Below, in pieces: positions 20,553-29,196 of a DNA stretch of 64,000 nucleotides (its first letter is position 1; the number at the start of each line of letters is the position of its first letter). Where the stretch lies: contig OZ220467.1 of the NCBI GenBank assembly GCA_965116075.1, forward strand, positions 64,191 through 128,190. The letters run 5' to 3'. Source of the stretch: Thermodesulfobacteriota bacterium. GTDB taxonomy: Bacteria > Desulfobacterota_D > UBA1144 > Nemesobacterales > Nemesobacteraceae. A program made the position numbers and the translations under genes. The notes under the pieces were generated by a model. It searched no databases. It was not told where the DNA came from and saw nothing but the letters and a program-made list of their open reading frames with translations.

Positions 20553-21977
20553 TTGGAGTTTAAGTCTCGTATGAAAACATTTAGAAAAACCAAAATAATT
20601 TGTACTGTAGGACCTTCGACAAGTTCATATAAAATGCTTATGAAAATGTACCAAGCAGGTATGAACGCCGTGCGTCTTAACATGTCGCATGGAACTCATG
20701 AAAGTCACCTTGAAGTAATCAAAACCATAAGAAAAATCAACAACGAAGTCGGGGATGCGATCGCTGTAATACTTGATACCCAAGGACCTGAGATCAGAAC
20801 TGGGGTTCTACAGAGTGATCTGCATATAAATGAGGGTGACATAATCACAGTATCAGCAAGACCTGAAGGTGTCGAACAATCCTCAATTCACATCAACTAT
20901 GAGGGTATTATGAACGAGGTTCAGGTGGGCGAGAAAATCACTGTGGATAATGGTCTTATAAATCTCAAAGTTCTTGAAAAAGACCAAGGAACCATGAAAT
21001 GCAAGGTGATTGATGGCGGGACAATGAAAAGTAACCGCCACGTAAACCTACCCGGAATAAGAGTTAATCTTCCTTCCATAACTGACAAGGATAAAATGGA
21101 TATACGGTTTGGAATTAAAAACCAAGTTGACTACATAGCGATTTCCTTTGTAAGAGAGGCAAGAGATGTTCAAAAGCTCAGAGAGTTTATCGGCCCGTTC
21201 TCGGAAACTGTGAAGATCGTTTCCAAGATAGAAGATCAGGAAGGGGTGCGCAATGTGGAGGAGATAGTAAAGGAATCAGATGGAGTCATGGTCGCGAGAG
21301 GAGACTTGGGAATTGAGATAAATTTAGAGGAACTTCCTGACGTACAGAGGGTAATAGTAGGCAAGTGTCATCAAAAGGGTAAAAGAGTAATAGTAGCCAC
21401 CCACCTTTTGGAATCAATGATAGAAAACCCTGTTCCTACCCGCGCAGAAGTCACAGATGTTGCAAACGCAGTCTATGAAGAAGTGGACGCTGTTATGCTC
21501 TCTGGAGAAACAACTATCGGCAAATATCCTCTGAAATCAATAGAGTATATAAATAAAATAGCTCTTCGGGCGGAAAAACTGGAAAATCTTCAGTTTGGAA
21601 AACTTTTGATAAAAAAAGACCAAAAACAGCACATAGCGGCATCAGCTGTGGACCTCGCAGAATCAATCAAAGCGGCAGCGCTGGTCGTTATAACAAAAAG
21701 AGGACTTATGGCGCAGCTTGTAACGAACTGTAGGCCCGCAAAAGTTCCTATTTGCGCCATCACTTTTGACAGTAGCGTAAAAAGACAACTTGCGCTTAAC
21801 AGAGCTGTGACAGCCCACACGATTGACAAAGTTGATGACCCTGAACAGGGAATTCAAGATGCTTTTGAACTTCTCAAGGAAAAGAGATTTCTTACGGTAG
21901 GTGACCATGTTGTGCTTGTGTCAGACGTCATAGTAACCACTGGAATTGATTCAATTCAACTGCGGCAAATAACGTAA
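20553..21977 (+). CDS. pyk: Pyruvate kinase
   Basis: TKIICTVGPS, NMSHGTHE and MVARGDLGIEI motifs. The true start is probably MKTFRK at 20571. Confidence 0.9.
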   Translation: MEFKSRMKTFRKTKIICTVGPSTSSYKMLMKMYQAGMNAVRLNMSHGTHESHLEVIKTIRKINNEVGDAIAVILDTQGPEIRTGVLQSDLHINEGDIITVSARPEGVEQSSIHINYEGIMNEVQVGEKITVDNGLINLKVLEKDQGTMKCKVIDGGTMKSNRHVNLPGIRVNLPSITDKDKMDIRFGIKNQVDYIAISFVREARDVQKLREFIGPFSETVKIVSKIEDQEGVRNVEEIVKESDGVMVARGDLGIEINLEELPDVQRVIVGKCHQKGKRVIVATHLLESMIENPVPTRAEVTDVANAVYEEVDAVMLSGETTIGKYPLKSIEYINKIALRAEKLENLQFGKLLIKKDQKQHIAASAVDLAESIKAAALVVITKRGLMAQLVTNCRPAKVPICAITFDSSVKRQLALNRAVTAHTIDKVDDPEQGIQDAFELLKEKRFLTVGDHVVLVSDVIVTTGIDSIQLRQIT

Positions 21978-21987
21978 AAACCTGTGC

Positions 21988-23223
21988 TCAACACTCCACA
22001 TCTTTTAGCACTTTCTCTATTTCATAACCCGCAGCTAGGGTCGCTACTCTGGAAACAAGATCAAATGCAGCGGGAATTGAGCCTGAATCTTCCGAATCGT
22101 ACGGAACAAATTCCATTCCTCTTGAGTTGAGATTCTCAAGTTCCCCTCGCGTAGAATTAACTCTATAGAACATCCCCGTGACACTCGCTTGGATCATGTA
22201 AACAACTGGCTCTGCGACAAGTTGCTGTCCGACTCGAAGAGATGTGGGCACCCCTTCTTGTACGATAATGTCCCGTACCGGCATCCCACCTTTGCAAACT
22301 CTCATTTTTTTTCTTTCGCGTGAGTTCATCTCCAGTATTTCCCTACAGCTACTCACGCTTGTTACCGCCATTCCGTAAGTTCCCGAATTGCTTTTTACAA
22401 AAACGTGGGGGCTGTGGTCCAATCCCCTATGTGAGTAATCATCCCTTACCTCGCGTAGAACTTGTTCTGCCTTTGTAGAAACTCTTTGCCTGTCTTCTGG
22501 AGAATCAAAATCCACCCCTTGTTCAAGAACCGTCCTTATTGACATCACCCAAGGGTCCACCTCAAGTATAGCGGCGAGTTCTCGGCAAAGACCGTTATAA
22601 AACTCAAAATGCACATCTTTTTTTCTTGCGTGCCAGCCTATCTGCACTGGAGGTAGCACGGGCTGGCGCAGGTTCGTAAGCGTTTTTGGACACTTTTCAG
22701 AAAAATCGTTGTTTATCATCACCAGATCAGGGACAAAACCCTCTATCATCGCCATCTGATTTTCTTGGAAAACGCAATAGGCTTCAATCGTCCGCCCGCT
22801 TGCCGTGAGAAACGACGCGCTTTCCTTTACAAATTCCTCATTGGCAATTCCTATACGAACTTCATAATCCACATCTTCCAAAATGGATTTTATTACCGAA
22901 ACATTTTCCCAGTAATAGGAATTTCTTGTGTTGAGTTCTGGAATCAGAAGAATTTTTCGAGCGCTTGGATACCTAGAGTAAAAGTATTGATGGAAAAGTT
23001 TCGAAGCTTTCCTACAAAATCTTTCTGATAGGTTATTAAAACCTGCGGGGAAAACATTTGTATCTACAGGAGTTATTTTATGTTCGGAAAAACGCAGGTC
23101 AACAGAACTGTAGAGAGGGACCATGATGTTGCGGCAATGAGACTCTATCCACAATGAAATCTTATCTTGATTACGCGTGATTCTCTCTCCAAGATAATCA
23201 AAAAGCGGGGCGCGTAGATTCAC
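21988..23223 (-). CDS. ATP-grasp-fold ligase-like protein (GshB/RimK-like), uncharacterised
   Basis: HVFVKSNSGTYGMAV...IIVQEGV...AEPVVYMI resembles ATP-grasp nucleotide-binding segments. Its stop overlaps the RDD gene start. Confidence 0.35.
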   Translation of the reverse strand: MNLRAPLFDYLGERITRNQDKISLWIESHCRNIMVPLYSSVDLRFSEHKITPVDTNVFPAGFNNLSERFCRKASKLFHQYFYSRYPSARKILLIPELNTRNSYYWENVSVIKSILEDVDYEVRIGIANEEFVKESASFLTASGRTIEAYCVFQENQMAMIEGFVPDLVMINNDFSEKCPKTLTNLRQPVLPPVQIGWHARKKDVHFEFYNGLCRELAAILEVDPWVMSIRTVLEQGVDFDSPEDRQRVSTKAEQVLREVRDDYSHRGLDHSPHVFVKSNSGTYGMAVTSVSSCREILEMNSRERKKMRVCKGGMPVRDIIVQEGVPTSLRVGQQLVAEPVVYMIQASVTGMFYRVNSTRGELENLNSRGMEFVPYDSEDSGSIPAAFDLVSRVATLAAGYEIEKVLKDVEC

Positions 23224-23924
23224 GTTTTTATCACCAAAGTACCACTGAGCCTATCACTGAGAGTTCTTCGCTCCGCGTCGAACAACGCTGGAGCAAAACC
23301 TAAAAAACCACTACTCACTGAAAATATCCAGCCAAACCATCTGACCATATTTCCTGAGAGACCAACGCGCGAGCCATCTTGAGTGACTACTCTGATACCG
23401 ACAACAGAGTTTCCAAGCGTTGTTCCACACCAATGAGGAACAATTACAAAATATGTGGTTGATAGAAAATAAACGCCAAGACATATCCGTCCCCAAATAG
23501 AGAAAGCTGTGCTGAATTCTGGAAAAGAAGTTTCGCCTATAAGCTTTGCAGCGCACACAAGCGCCACGACGGCAACACATATGGTAAAAAGAAAATCAAC
23601 AAAAAACGCAAAACCCTTCAAAGTAAGAAGCGCAGGGTTCTCTGATTCCGAAGTTTCGCTTTTTTCTTCAGATAAAACGCTTTGAGCGCTGAAGAAACCG
23701 GGAAGATCTTCAATTTCACCATCAATCCCCTCGTATCTTCTACTTTTTTCTGCCCTATCGTCGGTTCTCCCATCACCCTCGTTACGAACCCTACTATCAG
23801 CCCCTCTGTTGAACTCGCCCTCATACAGATATCTGAACACAGGAACAGGAGAAAGAGCAGCGCCGCATTTCCTGCATTCCTCAAGATAATCAAAGCTATT
23901 GTAACCGCAGTTAGGGCATCTCAT
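23220..23924 (-). CDS. RDD-family membrane protein with an N-terminal zinc-ribbon
   Basis: MRCPNCGYNSFDYLEECRKCGA zinc ribbon, then an RDD-type TM domain at the C-terminus. Confidence 0.6.
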   Translation of the reverse strand: MRCPNCGYNSFDYLEECRKCGAALSPVPVFRYLYEGEFNRGADSRVRNEGDGRTDDRAEKSRRYEGIDGEIEDLPGFFSAQSVLSEEKSETSESENPALLTLKGFAFFVDFLFTICVAVVALVCAAKLIGETSFPEFSTAFSIWGRICLGVYFLSTTYFVIVPHWCGTTLGNSVVGIRVVTQDGSRVGLSGNMVRWFGWIFSVSSGFLGFAPALFDAERRTLSDRLSGTLVIKT

Positions 23925-23943
23925 CGTCTGGGTCTGGAAGACC

Positions 23944-25002
23944 TCACTTAGTGGATTTTTCTGATAACCTAGAAAGGCGGCGGTCTATAATTTTTCGCAA
24001 AGCATCTATATCCACTCCACCCTTAGACGCAAAGCCATCAACAAAAAACGCAGGCGTCCCACTCACTCCGATTAATTTTCCTTCCTTAATATCCGCTTCT
24101 ACCCTCATCGTAGTCTGCTCTGACTTGACGCATTTTGCATACTGTTCCATGTCAAGGTCCATACCTTTTGCGATCTCAGAAAGAGTTTGAGTTGCGTTCT
24201 CAACCGTTATGTCCTGTTGGGCTTGGAAAATCGAATCATGAAATTTCCAAAATTTCTCGTTTGACTGATCATAAACGCAAACAGACGCGACAGCCGCCTC
24301 TTTCGCCCAAGGATGTATGTTTTCTAGTGGGAAATGTTTGTAGAAAAATTTGATCTTACCCTCGTACTCTTCTAGGAGAGGAGAAATTGCGTCTGCGGCC
24401 ATTGCGCAATATGAACATTGAAAATCAGAATATTCAACAACGTTTACTGAGGCGGTCTGCTCACCCTTTGAAGGAGTATTCTCAAGAGAGATGATAGATG
24501 CCGCTTCGGTCGCAGGGGTATTGTCAAGGTCTTCAAGCTTACCGACAATTATTCTCCGCAGATCCCCCGAAACAAGAATCGGAATCGGAGGGCCGCCTTC
24601 AAGCGCTAGAGAACCTTCCCTCATCCCATAGGCATCAGTTTCCTTCATGGTTTCTCCATTAAGCTTGAGTCCTTCATCGCCTCCCGGAATTAAGTACCTA
24701 CCATCGCGACTCACAAGAAAAGGATATTCCTGGGTTTGCCCTCCTGAAAAGGTGATTTTGTAATTACCCTTATTAAAACCCCTGACTTTTGACTTGTTAC
24801 CTATAACGGCTTTTACCTTTACGTCATCGGGAAGGTACATTCCGTAGTGGTCCATAAAGTGGTTTTCTATCTTCTCCGCACTGATATTTTCGCCCTTAAG
24901 GGGATTGCAGGAAATAACCGAAAACATTATAAGACATAGCACGGCTAGTTGCGTTGTAGCGAATCTTTTCGTCTTTAAAAACGATTGCATAAATAAAATC
25001 AT
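23944..25002 (-). CDS. DsbA-like thiol:disulfide oxidoreductase lipoprotein (thioredoxin fold, CSYC active site) with an extra N-terminal domain
   Basis: VVEYSDFQCSYCAMAADAISPLL. Lipobox VISC. Confidence 0.65.
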   Translation of the reverse strand: MILFMQSFLKTKRFATTQLAVLCLIMFSVISCNPLKGENISAEKIENHFMDHYGMYLPDDVKVKAVIGNKSKVRGFNKGNYKITFSGGQTQEYPFLVSRDGRYLIPGGDEGLKLNGETMKETDAYGMREGSLALEGGPPIPILVSGDLRRIIVGKLEDLDNTPATEAASIISLENTPSKGEQTASVNVVEYSDFQCSYCAMAADAISPLLEEYEGKIKFFYKHFPLENIHPWAKEAAVASVCVYDQSNEKFWKFHDSIFQAQQDITVENATQTLSEIAKGMDLDMEQYAKCVKSEQTTMRVEADIKEGKLIGVSGTPAFFVDGFASKGGVDIDALRKIIDRRLSRLSEKSTK

Positions 25003-25020
25003 AAGTGAAACCTCGACAAA

Positions 25021-26319
25021 TTAGTGCTCGCCGAAAACGGCGGCGAATATATAGTCTATATTTTTAAAATCTTCTTTTAGATTAAAAAATGAACTGACTT
25101 CTTCTTTGGAAAGAACACCCATTATTTCCGGGTCGCTTATGAGGGTCTCCTGAAAATCTTTTTGCTCCTCCCAGCAACGTAGGGCGTTTCTCTGCACAAG
25201 CGAGTAGGCATTTTCCCTTGAAATTCCTTTTCTTACAAGACCGAGAAGTACTTTCTGGGAAAAAACAAGCCCTCGTGTGATCCAGATGTTTTTCTCAAGA
25301 TTCTCTGGATAGACGCGTATCCCTTGGAGGAGAACGCATAACCTGTGAAGCATGAAATCAATTAAAATGGTCCCATCTGGACCTATGATTCTTTCCACAG
25401 AGGAATGGCTTATATCTCTTTCATGCCAGAGCGCTATGTTTTCAAGCGCGGCCACCGAATGGGACCTCACGATTCTTGAAAGTCCACAAAGGTTTTCAGA
25501 AAGTATAGGGTTTTTCTTATGAGGCATCGCAGAGGAGCCTTTCTGCCCACTTGAAAAAGGTTCCTCCATCTCCCTTACTTCCGTTCTCTGGTAGTGCCTT
25601 ATCTCCGTTGCGATTTTTTCTATTGATGCCGCTATAAGCGAAAGACAAAGAAAATACTGCGCGTAAACATCTCGTTGTATCACTTGCGTTGATATACCCG
25701 CGGGGCGAAGTCCGAGGAGCGAACACGCATGGCTTTCAACCTCAGGTGGAATATTAGCGTAGGTGCCAACAGCGCCTGACATCATCCCGACGCTTGCGCC
25801 CTCACATGCAACGGCCATTCTATCTCTGTTTCTTTTCATCTCGTCATACCAAAGCGCAAATACAAGTCCTAGGGTCCTAGGCTCCGCATGTATGCCGTGG
25901 GAACGTCCGATCATCGGGGTGTTTTTATACTGAAACGCCTTTTGGCGCAAAATTCCAAGTAACTTTGAAATCCCTTCGAGTATGAGTTCGCCTGACTGGC
26001 GAAGTTGTATGGAAAAAGCCGTGTCAAGAACATCAGACGACGTCATCCCGAGGTGAATAAACCTCGACATCTCACCAACGTTTTCCGCAACGCAGGTCAA
26101 AAATGCTAAAACGTCGTGCTTAAGCTCTTTTTCAAGTTCCTCTATTCTCTGGATGTTGAACGTCGCCTTTTTCTTTATTTCCAAAAGCGCGTCCTGTGGA
26201 ATTTCTCCTTTCTGCGCCCAAGCCTCGCAAACCGCAATTTCTACATCAAGCCAGACGCCATAGCGGTTCTCATCCGACCATATACGCGACATCTGTTCCC
26301 TTGAGTATCTTGGAATCAA
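25021..26319 (-). CDS. purB: Adenylosuccinate lyase
   Basis: 432 aa with a fumarate-lyase signature (GSSAMPHKKNP). Confidence 0.9.
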   Translation of the reverse strand: MIPRYSREQMSRIWSDENRYGVWLDVEIAVCEAWAQKGEIPQDALLEIKKKATFNIQRIEELEKELKHDVLAFLTCVAENVGEMSRFIHLGMTSSDVLDTAFSIQLRQSGELILEGISKLLGILRQKAFQYKNTPMIGRSHGIHAEPRTLGLVFALWYDEMKRNRDRMAVACEGASVGMMSGAVGTYANIPPEVESHACSLLGLRPAGISTQVIQRDVYAQYFLCLSLIAASIEKIATEIRHYQRTEVREMEEPFSSGQKGSSAMPHKKNPILSENLCGLSRIVRSHSVAALENIALWHERDISHSSVERIIGPDGTILIDFMLHRLCVLLQGIRVYPENLEKNIWITRGLVFSQKVLLGLVRKGISRENAYSLVQRNALRCWEEQKDFQETLISDPEIMGVLSKEEVSSFFNLKEDFKNIDYIFAAVFGEH

Positions 26320-27128
26320 ATCTCTATCACCTCACTAGGTTCGTTTCTGGGAGCTACCATCAGCGATACGTATCCACAGGCGCCGTTTCTGCGTAGAACG
26401 TCAAGAGAAACTTGGAGAGCCATTTCGGCAGTGTTATTTTTCGCGCTCAGATGAGCGAGCAAAACATGTTTTAATCCTTTGTGCATCACCTCTTCTAGAA
26501 GGGATGCGGATTGTTCATTCGACAGATGTCCATGACCGCCGCTTATTCTCTGCTTGAGATACGCGGGATAAGGACCGGAAAACAGCGCGTCTCTATTGTA
26601 ATTCGACTCAATCACAAGAACATCGCAGTTCTTAAGACTCTCAATGACAAGAGCGGTAGGTTTACCTATATCAGTTACTACGCCCACTTTAACCTGCCCA
26701 TCCGTAACAGTAAAACCCACGGGGTCAATAGCATCATGGGCTACTGCAAAAGGCGTTATCTGAAGATCTTTTATCTCAAACGCGCTCTGAGAGTCAAACT
26801 GCTTGATTACCTCCATTCCACTTTGGGTTTTCCTAGTCCCACCGTTGTATTCAGATTTTTTCGCTCGCTTTTTTCCTTCCCAAAAATCAACTGTTTCCTC
26901 AGACACGTAAACCGGCACCCTAGGCATCCTCCACACTCCTTTTGAGTGATCATCATGTTCATGGGAAAGGATCACGGCGTCAATATCATTGACCTCGCTA
27001 CCGATGCTTTGAAGATTTCGAGAAATCCGGCGCAGGCTTATCCCAGCATCTATCAGTATTTTGGAATGTCGTGATTCAAGGTAAAATGAATTGCCTGAAC
27101 TTCCACTTGCAAACGTACAAATTTTCAT
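26316..27128 (-). CDS. MBL-fold metallo-hydrolase
   Basis: HEHDDH (HxHxDH) motif. The start is uncertain (MELMKICTF region). Confidence 0.7.
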   Translation of the reverse strand: MKICTFASGSSGNSFYLESRHSKILIDAGISLRRISRNLQSIGSEVNDIDAVILSHEHDDHSKGVWRMPRVPVYVSEETVDFWEGKKRAKKSEYNGGTRKTQSGMEVIKQFDSQSAFEIKDLQITPFAVAHDAIDPVGFTVTDGQVKVGVVTDIGKPTALVIESLKNCDVLVIESNYNRDALFSGPYPAYLKQRISGGHGHLSNEQSASLLEEVMHKGLKHVLLAHLSAKNNTAEMALQVSLDVLRRNGACGYVSLMVAPRNEPSEVIEI

Positions 27129-27208
27129 AAGTTCCATCCATGTAAAAAACCTTGGAAAAATGGGCAATTATACCTGACTAAATAAAACCTGCGGTATCTC
27201 CACATAAG

Positions 27209-27502
27209 GAGGCATTTGCACTGTCCAAAATGTATATGCATATCAAGAGGTTTTAGAAGGACATCCGAATAATACAGATAATTTGACCGAGGAATTTAGC
27301 GGTAGTGACTGTGAATGGATTGTTGCGTCTAAAGGTTGATAACTGGACGGAAATCAGCGGCAAATTCCGGGAAAATCAAGAAATTTGACCGTCAAATTAC
27401 TCAAATACGAATCAGTACGAACTGAAACAGTGGTGAACATACGTTCATACGTCCTCATTACGTCAAAACCACTCCCCCAAAAAACCTACAGCGCAAATGC
27501 CC
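27209..27502 (+). mobile_element. MITE-like deletion derivative of the IS5-family element (left 55 bp plus right about 240 bp, no transposase)
   Basis: Begins GAGGCATTTGCACTGTCC... and ends ...ACAGCGCAAATGCC. The internal part aligns with 33225..33469. Confidence 0.7.
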
Positions 27503-27516
27503 TTTCTCGCCAGTCC

Positions 27517-27554
27517 TTGACTTTGTAAGGGGGGGGGGGGGGTAAACTCAAAAG
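27517..27554 (+). promoter_or_regulatory. Conserved promoter-like module TTGACT-TTGTAA-(G)14-TAAACTCAAAAG, with a homopolymeric G tract between the -35-like and -10-like hexamers; candidate phase-variable promoter
   Basis: G run at about 27529..27542. The same architecture recurs at 42976..43012 (G13) and, on the minus strand, at 62294..62335 (G19). Confidence 0.45.
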
Positions 27555-27642
27555 ACTGACTTAAGAATGAGGGTTTTATAGCAAGGTTTTGCCAGATAAA
27601 TATCCATTTATAAATGGAACAACTTATAAGGGAGGTTGTATT

Positions 27643-28279
27643 ATGAAGTTACGCAGTTTATTAGTGATGTTGTTACTGCTCACTGGAGCAGTTTTCTTTG
27701 TAGCTTGTGAGGGCGAGCGAGGGCCGGCAGGTCCGAAAGGCGACAAAGGCGACCCAGGAAAGGACGGTGCGAGAGGGCCAGCAGGAAAGGATGGTGCGAG
27801 AGGGCCGGCAGGCACGAAAGGTGATGACCTAACAGGTGGTGATCCTAGATGCGACCGCAGTAATGGGATAGATGTAGCCGGTGGCGGTTTTCTGATCCAA
27901 GGAACCGATGATGACGATGTTATTTGCGGTAATAATGCTCAAAACGAAATTAGAGCTCAAGACGGTGATGATGTTGTTTACGCCGGCGCCGGAATGGACA
28001 AACTAGTAGGTGGTGCTGGTGATGACACGCTTTATGGTGAAGCTGGGAATGATTTTTTCTTCGTTCTGAATGAAACCGGCACTAATAAATTGGTTGGTGG
28101 GGACGGGTGGGATATGTTAGTGTTCGCTTCTGATGATCCAAATAGGCACGACATTACTCTTCCTGACGGCCACTATGCTGTTAGTCTTGACAACTTACAG
28201 ACCGAAACCATAACCTTTGATCTTTCCTCGGGGAGTTTTGACGGTACTTCCTTTGAAACTGGAACATTTGCGTTTGAAG
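27643..28279 (+). pseudogene. Collagen-like/RTX-repeat lipoprotein paralog, fragment 1 of 3, interrupted by an IS66-family insertion
   Basis: SD AAGGGAGG plus ATG. Signal/lipobox MKLRSLLVMLLLLTGAVFFVAC. G-X-Y repeats GERGPAGPKGDKGDPGKDGARGPAGKDGARGPAGTKGDD. RTX nonapeptides GGAGDDTLYG. The reading frame continues at 31201 once the IS is removed. Confidence 0.75.
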
Positions 28280-28302
28280 GTAAGCGTTCGTTCAAGGGGT
28301 GT

Positions 28303-29196
28303 TTATAGGGGGTTTGAGCGATTGAGGATTTGTCTCCAATTCCTGTGAAGCGGTCGTAGCCAAATGTCCTTTTTGGGTTTATCGCATCGGTTGTAACGAT
28401 CGTAGCGGCCACGCCCCTGTGTAGTTCCAACGCGTATCCATCCAGAAGCCCGGTATACGGTGCCTGTATATGTCGGAATTTGTACAAACGTCTCAATAAG
28501 CACAGGTGTGAAGTTGTATCGTTGCTTCCAATCCTTGGGCAAGCGGCGACAGACTACCGAGAGAATGTGTGACCCAAGATTGGGTATCTGTATCCATGGA
28601 AGAATCAGGAATCTGGGGTTGTCGATAACCAACGGTAAATTCTTTTCACGTTGCTCGGATGTCCATCCTATGAAGGTGTCACGCGGCGCAAGTCTCCATG
28701 CGGCGGTGGAGAACCCTAGCATGGCCAGCGGCGAACCGTGGCGGTCGCGCACTGCGTAGCGCATCTGAGCCCCGACTAATGTCTTATAACCTAAGTAGTG
28801 ATAACGAGCTACAAACTCGTTCCATAGTTTGCCTTGCCTAGTGCCACTGACAACAGTGTGAACCTGTAGTGGACGGACTTCGTCAAGGGTCTTGGGAACC
28901 GGTAGCATAGGCGGTTCGGTGTCCACTCCAAAGACAATAGGCTTGGCTCGGGGCGACACTCGGGTGGGTGTCGGTAACTTGATGATGCCATCCCTATGCA
29001 TGGATAGCATGGTAACTCTGGCCGTCATATCCTTGAGTCCGCCATCGGGCTTGTACCACCCAATACGTCTGCAAAACTCTCTGGACAGAGCAGTCCGGTT
29101 GAGCCGCTCGGGCCCGGCTATCAAAGCGCGTAGCAGTTTCATCTCCGCAGTCGTGAACTCACGCCCGTAGTAGCGGCACTCAACCTCGTCGCTCAT
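28303..29196 (-). CDS. DUF4338-domain protein with an N-terminal putative winged-helix region, encoded inside the IS66-family element downstream of the transposase
   Basis: IGWTSEQREKNLPLVIDNPRFLILPWIQIPNLGSHILS...YRASGWIRVGTTQG. Its start overlaps the transposase stop by 4 nt. Confidence 0.75.
   Translation of the reverse strand: MSDEVECRYYGREFTTAEMKLLRALIAGPERLNRTALSREFCRRIGWYKPDGGLKDMTARVTMLSMHRDGIIKLPTPTRVSPRAKPIVFGVDTEPPMLPVPKTLDEVRPLQVHTVVSGTRQGKLWNEFVARYHYLGYKTLVGAQMRYAVRDRHGSPLAMLGFSTAAWRLAPRDTFIGWTSEQREKNLPLVIDNPRFLILPWIQIPNLGSHILSVVCRRLPKDWKQRYNFTPVLIETFVQIPTYTGTVYRASGWIRVGTTQGRGRYDRYNRCDKPKKDIWLRPLHRNWRQILNRSNPL

Noticed and set aside
28173-28496. 107-aa minus-strand ORF (and its twin at 34167..34490)
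   Set aside because: Alternative frame across the IS66-like element end and the DUF4338 gene 3' end. It is repeated wherever that fragment is copied, so its conservation reflects the IS sequence and not selection on this frame.
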